From: Nanobdellati archaeon
Lineage (GTDB): Archaea; Nanobdellota; Nanobdellia; CSSed11-243R1
Length of the DNA stretch: 64,000 nt
Assembly: GCA_027007025.1 (NCBI GenBank)
Contig: JALTFL010000002.1
Coordinates: 100,006-164,005, forward strand
Reading direction: 5' to 3'
Within the stretch, counting starts at the first letter, position 1. The number at the start of each line of letters is the position of its first letter. Of this stretch, positions 8,587 to 17,966 are shown piece by piece. The notes under the pieces were generated by a model. It did no database searches and had not been told where the DNA came from. It saw only the letters and a list, made by a program, of their open reading frames with translations. Made by a program: the position numbers and the translations under genes.

Positions 8587-11500
8587 TTGTTGAAAAATAT
8601 ACGGCGTTATATTCTATCAAGGAAATTGGCGTATATTTTATTATTTATTTTAATCGCGTCCATTTCTATCTCTGCTGGAAATAGTTTATATGTTACTGAC
8701 AAAAAGATGTGTAGAAGTCAGCCGAGTGATGATTACTGTTCATATAGTGATGGATACTATGATGCACAAGATGAAGTTTGGTTTTTTTGGAGAACTTACG
8801 GGCTTCGCAGCGGAACACACACAATTTCTTACACTCCAACAATATATACACCATGGGGTTCTGAGTGGGATTACCCTCCAGATTATTTCTCATTAGATGG
8901 ATATTATTGGTACTATTGGTGGTGGTATCACTGGTACGGCGCTGACAATGGCTACACTTGGTATCCGGGTTCGTATCACGCTAAATACGATTGGTATTAC
9001 AGCGGACAAAGAGGAAGTTTTTATTTTGATTTTACCATAAAAGGGCTCACTGTTAATTCTGTAAGCACCTGTAGTAGGAAACCTTCAGGAGATTATTGTG
9101 CTACAAACAGTGGGCATTATAGACCTACAGATACAGTTTGGTTATTCTGGAGGACATGGTGGGTTAATCATAGAAGCGGGTGTTATAACCTAGAGATTGT
9201 TGCACGTATTGATACACCTACAGGTACGAGGTATTATGATCCTTGGTATTTTAGTGGATGTGATGGAAGGTATGATTATAGATGGTGGTGGTGGCAGTGG
9301 GGAGGCAATGGCTACGTATGGAAACCCGGAAGATATGTTGCACATTTTACAATTTATGATAGGGATGTTTATGATTTTTCAAGGTCGTTTGATGTGTCTT
9401 GGGTAATTGACGCGCCTGATTGTTCAACTTATAATGGTTGCAATGGTAATACCATTAACACTAATTGTAGGTATGATGAGAATGTAGGTAAATGTGTATG
9501 TGATAAATTATCTATGCCGGAAGATGGGAAATACTGTAAGAATTCCAATATTTTGGAAGATAGAGACTATTACTCATGTTCAGGCGGTAATTGGGTTTAT
9601 ACAACCAATAGTATTTTTGATTGTAACTCGCTAAATAAAGCAGGTGTTAGCTATACCTGTGAAGGCAATAAATTATATCAAAATAATTATAGTTATAATT
9701 ATGATTGCTCAAATGGAATGAATCAAATTCCCGGTGCCACATGCGAGTTATCTCCTGATTCGTGGGAAACCAAAACTCTTGTTGAAGACTGTAGTGTAAA
9801 TAATGGATGGTATTGCAATAATAACACTAAAGAATACAGGGTATATTCTTGTTTTGCTGGAGAAGATGGTGCTGGATGCGATTATTATGTAAATACATCT
9901 GAGCAATGTATGTTTGGGTGTAGTTACGTAAACGACTCTGCGATATGTAATTCTATGGAATTAACAGATGCATACTTTACTTATTCCAATACGTCAGATT
10001 TGACATTGAATGTAAATTATACTGCTGTTGGTGTTGGCGGGAACACAACATTTGTAGTTGATATATTCAATGGTCCAACTTCGAATTGCACGGATATTCT
10101 TTGTGGAAATAACAATAGTATAACTAAATGTAATTCTTGTGTTGGAGGATATAATTATTCCATTATGATACCAAATGATTCAATGGGTTCGGTAGAGCTG
10201 AGATTACCTTCAAATATACCAAGAGGAATATATTCTGTTAGGGTGAGTGCTTTCAATCAATTAAATGAGTTGTATGATATGATATGGGTTGATGACAATC
10301 TTTCTATTGCGTCACTATCAAATATTGGTTTCTTGCCTTATGAGGGTAGTTCAGATGGTGGAGGTAATACGTCTCTCGGTTCAAAAGTAGTAGTTACCGC
10401 ATTTGTAGCTTCAATCTCTGTTGTTGCAGCTAGTGTAATATATGCACGTTCGAAAGGGGGTATATCTACTTTAGGGCATATAAAAAGCATTAGGTATAGC
10501 CTAAATAAAATACAAAAAATAATATCACGTTCCAATAAAATAGATACATTGGAGTATGGTAAAAATGTAACCTATCCTCCACCAGTAGATGAATCTCATG
10601 AAGTGCCTCAACCTGAGGGTCAGTTTTCTGGTGAAGAATACCTGTCACCTAAATGGGATAGAGATTATAATGAAGACTATGGCAATCCTCAAGTAATACC
10701 TCCGTACGCTATGCTTCCAGGGTACAAACCACCAGGTATGTCTCCAAATGATCCTTACGAGTGGGACTATTATGAAGGATTGAGGTCATGGGTTATATAC
10801 TACTTGGCAAATGGATATGATCTATCATATTTAGCTAGAAAATACAATGTAAGTGTAGGGTTCCTTATGATGCTGGCTGAAGGATATAATCCTTCAAATA
10901 ATAATGATAGTAATAGTCATGACAATGATAATGTTGGAGAGGACAATGTTTATCATGGTATTTATTACCCACAGTCTTTCTGGGAAGACGCCACATCGGA
11001 TGAACCAGGCGAAAATCCAGAAGATGAATTACACCGTTTAGGCTTCAGTGGTGCAACAAGTGCTGTCAATTGGTTAAAGGACAAACTGGAAGAACCCTTA
11101 AAAGTGTTAGGTGAAGTCCCAATATTTGGTTCTGGGCTTGCGTTTGGCATAGATGTAATTGTTGGGTTTTTAGATGGTTTAGCTCAGACGATTGATGGAT
11201 TGGTTAATTTTGTGAAAATGATGATACATGACCCCGTTGGAACAATTAAGACAATAATGAATGCGATATGGGATGTCATAACACACCCCACTGAAACAAT
11301 AAATGGTATTATTAATTACTTTAAGGAGGACATTGACGATGGTCACCCTGGACGTGCAGTTGGAAAAGCATTATTTGAAATTGTTGCTTTTGTTGTCACA
11401 CCAGCTAAAATTGCTGAGGCCACAGGATTATCGGCGAAAATATCAAAGTTTCTTGAGTTGATAAAGGCTAGTCGTGTATCATCTCTAGCTACTAGAATTG

Positions 11501-12084
11501 CTAGTAAATTTGCATACAGGATATCTGGATTGACTACAGAGGAATTAGCAGTTCGCCTCAGTAGCAAATTAGATACGCTATCTCTTAGAAGACTCTTAGC
11601 TTTATCAGACATTGATGGTTCTGAAGAATGGATTAAGAGGATTCTTAGCGGTAGTGATGAGAGTAATATTCGCGGCGTTACGAGAGAGTTGGAAGTTGTT
11701 TCTCAATTACGTCGAGGAGGATATGAAATCTTAAATGTTGGAAAGAAAGGAGTTAAGGTTAGAATTCCAAGAGATGTTATGGCAAAATATGGATTCAAGG
11801 GACTTAATGATGTAGTGTCAATGGAGAGAGATGTGATGGCTCTTAAATCCGCTACGGGGAGATTAACATTTGTTGAAGTTAAATCTTCATTACCAAGGAG
11901 TGCAAAAAATATAGCCAGGTTTAAGCGACAAATGATAAAATACAAATATCTTGCAAAAGCCAATCATGCGGATGCTATTTTAGCTTTAGAAAAACCATCT
12001 ACAGGATGGCCCGGATGGTTAAAATCATTTTTAATTGATGAAGGTTTCAAGATGAGAGAAGGACAGTGGGTATTTAATGGGTAG
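8587..12084 (+). CDS. Large membrane-anchored polymorphic-toxin-like protein with C-terminal PD-(D/E)xK nuclease
   Basis: Signal peptide; two Trp/Tyr-rich repeats; Cys-rich region; TM helix (~aa 601-619) followed by RSK; amphipathic pre-toxin-like segment; E...D...VEVK...Q..KY restriction-endonuclease-fold motif. Confidence 0.75.
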   Translation: MLKNIRRYILSRKLAYILLFILIASISISAGNSLYVTDKKMCRSQPSDDYCSYSDGYYDAQDEVWFFWRTYGLRSGTHTISYTPTIYTPWGSEWDYPPDYFSLDGYYWYYWWWYHWYGADNGYTWYPGSYHAKYDWYYSGQRGSFYFDFTIKGLTVNSVSTCSRKPSGDYCATNSGHYRPTDTVWLFWRTWWVNHRSGCYNLEIVARIDTPTGTRYYDPWYFSGCDGRYDYRWWWWQWGGNGYVWKPGRYVAHFTIYDRDVYDFSRSFDVSWVIDAPDCSTYNGCNGNTINTNCRYDENVGKCVCDKLSMPEDGKYCKNSNILEDRDYYSCSGGNWVYTTNSIFDCNSLNKAGVSYTCEGNKLYQNNYSYNYDCSNGMNQIPGATCELSPDSWETKTLVEDCSVNNGWYCNNNTKEYRVYSCFAGEDGAGCDYYVNTSEQCMFGCSYVNDSAICNSMELTDAYFTYSNTSDLTLNVNYTAVGVGGNTTFVVDIFNGPTSNCTDILCGNNNSITKCNSCVGGYNYSIMIPNDSMGSVELRLPSNIPRGIYSVRVSAFNQLNELYDMIWVDDNLSIASLSNIGFLPYEGSSDGGGNTSLGSKVVVTAFVASISVVAASVIYARSKGGISTLGHIKSIRYSLNKIQKIISRSNKIDTLEYGKNVTYPPPVDESHEVPQPEGQFSGEEYLSPKWDRDYNEDYGNPQVIPPYAMLPGYKPPGMSPNDPYEWDYYEGLRSWVIYYLANGYDLSYLARKYNVSVGFLMMLAEGYNPSNNNDSNSHDNDNVGEDNVYHGIYYPQSFWEDATSDEPGENPEDELHRLGFSGATSAVNWLKDKLEEPLKVLGEVPIFGSGLAFGIDVIVGFLDGLAQTIDGLVNFVKMMIHDPVGTIKTIMNAIWDVITHPTETINGIINYFKEDIDDGHPGRAVGKALFEIVAFVVTPAKIAEATGLSAKISKFLELIKASRVSSLATRIASKFAYRISGLTTEELAVRLSSKLDTLSLRRLLALSDIDGSEEWIKRILSGSDESNIRGVTRELEVVSQLRRGGYEILNVGKKGVKVRIPRDVMAKYGFKGLNDVVSMERDVMALKSATGRLTFVEVKSSLPRSAKNIARFKRQMIKYKYLAKANHADAILALEKPSTGWPGWLKSFLIDEGFKMREGQWVFNG

Positions 12085-12092
12085 GTGTAATT

Positions 12093-12953
12093 ATGGTTGA
12101 GATAGGGTATGAGATAAGATTTTATGTGGAAGGTAAGATTGCCGAGTCTCAGTTAAAAGAATCTCAGAGAGTTATTAAGAAGTATTCTAGAGTAAATAGT
12201 GATTCGTACGCAGATGGCAAGGTGAGTAGGATAGGTGAATTTGTTGTGGTAAATAGTGATGGGGATAATCTTAAAGTTGTTAACTCGACTGAAGCTGCAA
12301 GATTTATCAACAATTCAAGTGGTTTTGAAAGTGGTGGTATAGAACTAGCTAGTTTTTTGGATTTATATCCCAAAGAAAAAAAGCAAACTAAAGTGTATAG
12401 CTTGAAAGGTATTGAGACTCAGAATCTTAGAAAGTATGATGGGGAAGTTTCCCTTTGGTTTTATAGGGAAAAGGGGTATGTTGTAGTATCTATCAACCTC
12501 TCTGATTTGGATGCACTTGAAACTTCATTTGATGGTGGGCATATAAACAAAGATAATGCCGGATTTAAGAATCAACAAATTTTAATATCCCTTGCTGAGG
12601 ATATATTCAATATCTTCCATCCTGTTCTTGGGGTGAGTAAGCCGGTGGTTATTGGAGAGGATGATCCCGCCGAAATTGAAGTTTTTGATTGGTTAAAAAA
12701 ACTTGAGATTAAGCATTTCAAGTATGACTGGTACTTTTTTGGTAAAAAATATGTAAAAAAATATGGGAAGATTCAGTTGTTAAAAATTTATGGGGCTTAT
12801 AAAATAAATACCCTTAAAGATGGAGGTATTTTAGTTGCACTTTTTCCAGCAAATTCAATTAGGGGGATAACCAAAAAACAAAGAGAAGCGATTGAAAGAT
12901 TTGCAGCAGTGTTTGGCATTCCCTTAGAAGATACAGTTGCCTATTTAATTTAA
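12093..12953 (+). CDS. Putative immunity protein for the upstream nuclease
   Basis: 8 nt after the toxin stop; C-terminal WYFFGKKYVKKYG...LL.....INTLKDGGILV resembles, by eye, Imm52/DUF3396-type immunity proteins. Confidence 0.6.
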   Translation: MVEIGYEIRFYVEGKIAESQLKESQRVIKKYSRVNSDSYADGKVSRIGEFVVVNSDGDNLKVVNSTEAARFINNSSGFESGGIELASFLDLYPKEKKQTKVYSLKGIETQNLRKYDGEVSLWFYREKGYVVVSINLSDLDALETSFDGGHINKDNAGFKNQQILISLAEDIFNIFHPVLGVSKPVVIGEDDPAEIEVFDWLKKLEIKHFKYDWYFFGKKYVKKYGKIQLLKIYGAYKINTLKDGGILVALFPANSIRGITKKQREAIERFAAVFGIPLEDTVAYLI

Positions 12954-13081
12954 TTTTAGAGAGCTTAGATGGACTCAGATGAAGTGATATGATTGAAAAA
13001 ATATTGGATGAATGTTTTAAAACATTTATTCGTACACCGGATTATATTTGTTGGAGATAATCATGCGGTTTAGGTGATAAT

Positions 13082-13393
13082 ATGGATTTTATTAGGAAAG
13101 AAGATTTATTTGTTTTGTTGGTTTGTATTTTAATTTTTATATTATTTATTGGCATTCACACCATTAATTTTGGATATAAAGATATACGAAATGAATTGGC
13201 AGATAATTATTCATTTGAACATACAAATAATAAATCTGCTCCCCCCGTTGTGGTTGGATCTGTCGGATTAAATTCAAGTGGCAATGTCACCCCACCAACA
13301 GAAGAAGAGATGCTTGAGAACATATCATACAACAACGATTCTAATATACAAAAACCAAAATTCAACGGGAATACATTCCCTGTTGAAGAATAA
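13082..13393 (+). CDS. Small membrane-anchored protein with Asn-rich external tail
   Basis: AGGTGA SD; one N-terminal TM; several N-x-S/T sequons. Confidence 0.6.
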   Translation: MDFIRKEDLFVLLVCILIFILFIGIHTINFGYKDIRNELADNYSFEHTNNKSAPPVVVGSVGLNSSGNVTPPTEEEMLENISYNNDSNIQKPKFNGNTFPVEE

Positions 13394-13822
13394 TTACCTC
13401 TTTTCTTCTTGTTTTTGCTCTTCTTTTGATGATTCCTCAGTTTCCTTGCCTAGAACTATTCCAAGCCTTTTGCTTCCTTCCTTGACAACCTTGAGATTTA
13501 TCTGGGCAATGTCATCAGCGATTTGGTTTCCGCGTATGGATTTCCTCTTTCTCTCGCCTTTTCTCTTGACTTTGATTCCGGGTCCGTTTCCCAAAAGAAT
13601 CCTCACTCTTTTTGTTCCGTGGACGTCCGCTCTCATTGGGAAACCCTGCTTGTCGCTTCCGCCCGTAATCTTGAACTCAAATCCGGCTAAATTTATTAGC
13701 TCGCCTTTTATTATTTCCCCAATTTTTTTTCCTATTAATCTGTCCGCGTCAGGCGACTTCAATTCAACCTGATACGCTTTTTTCGCTTTCGGGTCAGAAA
13801 TAACCAACTTAAATTCTACCAT
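13394..13822 (-). CDS. rps6e: 30S ribosomal protein S6e
   Basis: FKLVISDP, KITGGSDKQGFPMR, GERKRKSIRGN; start reassigned to ATG 13822 after a GGAGG SD. Confidence 0.97.
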   Translation of the reverse strand: MVEFKLVISDPKAKKAYQVELKSPDADRLIGKKIGEIIKGELINLAGFEFKITGGSDKQGFPMRADVHGTKRVRILLGNGPGIKVKRKGERKRKSIRGNQIADDIAQINLKVVKEGSKRLGIVLGKETEESSKEEQKQEEKR

Positions 13823-13838
13823 TTTACCAAACCTCCCA

Positions 13839-13891
13839 GGCACCTTTCTTGGGAAGAAACGTGCACGAAAGAAGCACGCCCCAAGAGAGCC
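13839..13891 (-). promoter_or_regulatory. Structured GC-rich 5' leader of rps6e (candidate cis-regulatory RNA)
   Basis: Nested inverted repeats 13847-13853/13880-13886 and 13860-13864/13874-13878 between a TATA box (13924-13931) and the SD. Confidence 0.45.
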
Positions 13892-13964
13892 AGTCATTGT
13901 TTAAGAAATCAAAAGAACAAGGGTTTAAAAAGGTTTTTAAGAGTGTTTTATATTCAAATTAATT

Positions 13965-14369
13965 CTAACCTTTTAACTTTTCAAGAATGTTATTAACCTC
14001 ATCATCTATAAGTTTATCTATGTTATAGCCGCCTGCAGACGTAGCTATTTGGATACCTATCATTGTTGCTTCTGGGTTTTTTAAGAATGTTTTACCCATC
14101 CCTGATTTTTTAGCAAACTTGTAGTATGTTTGTTTTTTAATTATCTCTGTTAAGTTATCTCTAAGGTAGTTCTCACCTTGTTCATCGTATATTCTCTTTA
14201 GTTGTTCATTATCCATTCCTAATAATTCTGTTTGATCAATTCTGACATATGCCGGACTTTTTTCGGCTAGTCTCGCTGTTAATTCACTTATAACTCCACT
14301 TGGAATTTCTGACATTAAGTAGTCATACAATTCATCTGCACTTTTTGATTTTATTTCGTTTTCATCCAT
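13965..14369 (-). CDS. Hypothetical protein, last gene of the orphan operon
   Basis: GGTGATAAAAATG SD/start coupled to the upstream stop. Confidence 0.75.
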   Translation of the reverse strand: MDENEIKSKSADELYDYLMSEIPSGVISELTARLAEKSPAYVRIDQTELLGMDNEQLKRIYDEQGENYLRDNLTEIIKKQTYYKFAKKSGMGKTFLKNPEATMIGIQIATSAGGYNIDKLIDDEVNNILEKLKG

Positions 14370-14374
14370 TTTTA

Positions 14375-14980
14375 TCACCTTCTTTTAATTCCATAAATAT
14401 TTAATTCCTCGAAAAAGGGTATTGTTCCATCAACTTCGTATGCCGGAGATTTTTTGGTATCCCCTTCTCCGTATATATAAACTCCGTAGACAATATTGCC
14501 TCCAAAATGTTTGACTTCTGATTTTTTCAGAAGTGCCAATCTAATAGAATCTACATCTTTTTCTTCTAAGAAATTTTTATATGTTTCCAATTCTTCTTTG
14601 AAAAGAAATTTTAAAATTTCGTCCCCCTCAAGCTCATTGACTTTTATTTCCTTCGCTCCAAATCTGTTAGTTTTTAGTATTTCGCCTTTTTCTGCTAACT
14701 TTTCTAGATTTGAAATTTCATTTTCATCCAACTTTCTATACCTTTCTTTGGATTCAACAAGCCCATCATCTAATTTTGAGATTATGTAGCTACCACTAGG
14801 CGTATATGCTATGCTTGCATCTACAAACCCGCCATATTTGTAATTAAATCCTTCTTTTCTTGCTCTTGCAATGTCTCCTGGAGTTGCAATTTCTAATCCT
14901 TTTTCCGCAAGCGTCTTTAATGTATTTTCTATTGGAATTAAATACAAACTATACTCTTCGGTTTCAAATATTTTTTTCAT
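14375..14980 (-). CDS. Hypothetical acidic soluble protein (orphan operon)
   Basis: 201-aa ORF, GAGGGG SD, 1 nt from the upstream stop. Confidence 0.75.
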   Translation of the reverse strand: MKKIFETEEYSLYLIPIENTLKTLAEKGLEIATPGDIARARKEGFNYKYGGFVDASIAYTPSGSYIISKLDDGLVESKERYRKLDENEISNLEKLAEKGEILKTNRFGAKEIKVNELEGDEILKFLFKEELETYKNFLEEKDVDSIRLALLKKSEVKHFGGNIVYGVYIYGEGDTKKSPAYEVDGTIPFFEELNIYGIKRR

Positions 14981-14981
14981 A

Positions 14982-15533
14982 CTAACCCCTCTCTATAATT
15001 TTCTCAATATCACTTTCTTCGCATTCTTCAAAATATTTAGATAACATATATATTGGCAGTAAACTAAGGTAAAAAGTTCCAAATGGTAAGATTATGGCAT
15101 GCTGGGGTGGGAAGACATCTGGTTGTGTTATACTCAATCCTGCTGCTGCTATGTTTATTGCCATCATTGTAGCTCCTGTGCCAATACGTGTGAGTTTCAT
15201 AGGTAATGGGTCTCTTAACGATTCAACCAGTTTGCTGTAATCTTGTGAATTAACATTTACTGCTTTTTTACCTTTCATATAATACACTTCTTTTTTGCCA
15301 TTTGAGTATCCAGCAAAAGTGTTACAGAATATACATTTGTCTTTTTGATTCCAATAAACTTTGTCAAATTTGGTACCAATCAATCTTCCTTTGTAAACTG
15401 GCATTTCATAACCACTCGAAGTTATAACTTTTCCTATTTTTTCAATTGGGTCATAAAGTATACTCTGTGGGGTTTCTCCTTTTTTGTAAACCTGCCGTGC
15501 GATTTTTTCTTCATAGTTTCTTTTTTTTAACAT
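14982..15533 (-). CDS. Hypothetical protein with C-terminal two-helix hydrophobic hairpin (orphan operon)
   Basis: GGTGA SD; IGTGATMMAINIAAAGLSI and AIILPFGTFYLSLLPIYML segments. Confidence 0.75.
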   Translation of the reverse strand: MLKKRNYEEKIARQVYKKGETPQSILYDPIEKIGKVITSSGYEMPVYKGRLIGTKFDKVYWNQKDKCIFCNTFAGYSNGKKEVYYMKGKKAVNVNSQDYSKLVESLRDPLPMKLTRIGTGATMMAINIAAAGLSITQPDVFPPQHAIILPFGTFYLSLLPIYMLSKYFEECEESDIEKIIERG

Positions 15534-15538
15534 TTTAA

Positions 15539-16171
15539 TCACCTAATCAATCCAACTTGTCTTTTTCCCTTGGATATCAACTCATCAATCTTTTCTTTTT
15601 TATCAAAATATGAATTGCCTATTGGGATGTCCTTGTACCTTCTAATATCCGAAAGGGCCATGTCTATGAATGCGCCTACTGCACCTAAAGCTATTGCAAC
15701 ACCACCTATAGCTGCATTTTGTAGAGATGACTCTGACACTATCTTATATATCCCATACATCATAGATGTTGCACTACTCATAAAGAGTGTCCCTGTCATT
15801 ATACCATAAGTTATGTTACCTATATGCGAAGAGATTCCTCTTTTTGAGAATTGTTTTTCTGCTAAAGTTAGGTCTTCCAATGTTGCTTCTTTTGGGGTTT
15901 CTCCATTTATAATGGACATCACTCGTCCTTCTTTATTTTTAAATAAAACTGCAGGTTTGCCATCTTTTTTGTAACCTAACGAATTCTTGCATATATCATC
16001 TATTTCATCTGGTTTTATTCCATCTATCCTCTCTTCAAGGGATATAACTTTATCATTGTAATACCCCATTCTAGAGTAGGTATTATACCATGCACGTCTG
16101 CCGGATATTCGTCCTGAGTTTTCGTATTTTGGAGTTAACCCATATTCTTTGAGTTTTTTTCGATTAATCAT
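15539..16171 (-). CDS. Hypothetical protein with C-terminal two-helix hydrophobic hairpin (orphan operon)
   Basis: GGTGA SD; ITYGIMTGTLFMSSATSMMYGIY and AAIGGVAIALGAVGAFIDMAL segments. Confidence 0.75.
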   Translation of the reverse strand: MINRKKLKEYGLTPKYENSGRISGRRAWYNTYSRMGYYNDKVISLEERIDGIKPDEIDDICKNSLGYKKDGKPAVLFKNKEGRVMSIINGETPKEATLEDLTLAEKQFSKRGISSHIGNITYGIMTGTLFMSSATSMMYGIYKIVSESSLQNAAIGGVAIALGAVGAFIDMALSDIRRYKDIPIGNSYFDKKEKIDELISKGKRQVGLIR

Positions 16172-16172
16172 A

Positions 16173-17297
16173 TTAATCACCTTTCTTAACTAAATATTCT
16201 ATTCTCCCACCTGGAGGTTGGGGTTGATACATTTCAGTTGCAATTAATGATTGGGATATGCCCGCAAGAAATAATGCAGCACCAAGTTCGTATGTGATAG
16301 GCATTATAAGAGTGCCCCCTAAAGCGATTCCAGCTCCAGTAAATCGATTGGAAACAATTTTAGAGAGCAGCCTCTTCTTTTCGTTTTCTTTAATTGCCTT
16401 TTTGTGGTTGTCTATACCATCTCTTATTGTCCAATCTAATTTGCCTCTGGTATTAATATACAATTTTCCATCATTAATCTCAATTAGATACCCATCATCT
16501 GTCTTTATTGCATCAGTAACATAAGTGCTATCTTCTTTCCCTGAATAAACAATTCTTCCATTTTTATCAATGAGCTTTATTTTTGCACCCCTTAGAATTG
16601 ATGGATAGGGTGAGACATACAATAAATCTCCAATGAACCCATCAGGATATTCTTTACTCGGGTACATCGCTTTTCCATCCTTTGTCCAAAATATGTATTT
16701 GTCACTATCATGCGCAAGAAGCATGTCAACTCCATTAACTTTCCTAAACTCACGTATGTAATCGTGATGTTTACCATAAAATGGGTATATATCTCCATCT
16801 TTGAGATACATCCTGTATTTTCCATCATCTTTTGCAATAAGAACATTCTCACCTTCGGGTGTTTCCATGAATCCTTCAACGATTTCATGTTTTCCACCAT
16901 ATTCTGGATATATTTCTCCATTTGGTAGATAGAGGTTGACTGATTTACCGTCTCCAGCTCTTATGACATGTACACCATCTATATCAATCTCACCACCTCG
17001 AAAATCATCAATAAATTGGTGCCTGCCGTAAACAATATCTCCATCTTTAGTGAGATATGCCATGCTGTTTCTATCTTTTGTTAGTAAAGCATTGCCAACT
17101 GAAAGTTCCTCAATATTGCCAATTATTTTATCATGCGGACCTCCATATAATTTAGTACCTTTTTCTAGGTACACATCTTTTCCACCTATGAAGAATATAC
17201 CACTGCTGTTTTTGTAATCCTCTTGGATTATATCATCAATTGTTCTATTGTCTTCATGCTTATTTCTTTTTAACATATTAGCGAGGTTTTCAAACAT
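16173..17297 (-). CDS. Beta-repeat protein (~40-aa WG-like repeats) with C-terminal hydrophobic hairpin (orphan operon)
   Basis: Repeats such as LYLPNGEIYPEYGGKH, MYLKDGDIYPFYGKHH and FWTKDGKAMYP; C-terminal FTGAGIALGGTLIMPITYELGAALFLAGI. Confidence 0.75.
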   Translation of the reverse strand: MFENLANMLKRNKHEDNRTIDDIIQEDYKNSSGIFFIGGKDVYLEKGTKLYGGPHDKIIGNIEELSVGNALLTKDRNSMAYLTKDGDIVYGRHQFIDDFRGGEIDIDGVHVIRAGDGKSVNLYLPNGEIYPEYGGKHEIVEGFMETPEGENVLIAKDDGKYRMYLKDGDIYPFYGKHHDYIREFRKVNGVDMLLAHDSDKYIFWTKDGKAMYPSKEYPDGFIGDLLYVSPYPSILRGAKIKLIDKNGRIVYSGKEDSTYVTDAIKTDDGYLIEINDGKLYINTRGKLDWTIRDGIDNHKKAIKENEKKRLLSKIVSNRFTGAGIALGGTLIMPITYELGAALFLAGISQSLIATEMYQPQPPGGRIEYLVKKGD

Positions 17298-17961
17298 TTT
17301 TATCACCCCTTTGCCGAATTTTCTTTATGGCATAATCTCTAATCTTTTGATTTTGAATTTGGTCTAAAAACCATTGGGGAACTCCATTCTCATAGTATTC
17401 AATTGCGGCGTCAACTATTATCTTTCCATTTTCTTCTTTTATGTGCTCTGATTTTAGTGTAGGTTCTACCTTATAGAATTCCTTCCTTGAAACTGCTGAA
17501 CTAATTAATTGCCTAGCAACATTTGGTTTTATGTGTCTTACAATCTTAGATAAATAACCTCCAGGAAGGTATGCGCTATCTCCTTTAATATTGTTTATAT
17601 CTCTCCAAATGTACTCTAAGGGTGATTTCTCAATTGCCTGTCGAGCATATTCTTTAGTCTCATCATCTTCTATGAATGGACTTTCGATAATATCTACCAA
17701 TGCTATGCGGTAATCTGGATTTTTTGATTTCGCGAATACATCTATTGCTCTTTTTTGTCTTCTCTTGCTCTTTATTTCCCCTTTGATTATTTTTTCCGGT
17801 AGTTCTGGGCGACAATCATTAGGGTTACTATAATACTGAGTATATAATGTGTCATCTATATTTAGGCTGCTACCATTTAGTATCCATCTCAATTGCCCTC
17901 TGAATGTATTATTATGATATACATTATGAAATGACTTTTTGAGCAAACCTGATAAACTCAT
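17290..17961 (-). CDS. Hypothetical helical protein (orphan operon)
   Basis: GGTGATAAAAATG SD/start; no motif recognised. Confidence 0.75.
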   Translation of the reverse strand: MSLSGLLKKSFHNVYHNNTFRGQLRWILNGSSLNIDDTLYTQYYSNPNDCRPELPEKIIKGEIKSKRRQKRAIDVFAKSKNPDYRIALVDIIESPFIEDDETKEYARQAIEKSPLEYIWRDINNIKGDSAYLPGGYLSKIVRHIKPNVARQLISSAVSRKEFYKVEPTLKSEHIKEENGKIIVDAAIEYYENGVPQWFLDQIQNQKIRDYAIKKIRQRGDKNV

Positions 17962-17966
17962 TTTTA

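Noticed and set aside
12990-13061. 23-codon ORF MIEKILDEC... after the immunity-like gene
   Set aside because: Too short to support; could be a cassette remnant, but no similarity to the toxin or immunity gene is visible.
13823-13897. N-terminal extension of S6e in the ORF track (similarly Rrp41, MNT, L7Ae and the SWIM protein)
   Set aside because: Downstream ATGs with SD or promoter context match the expected family starts.
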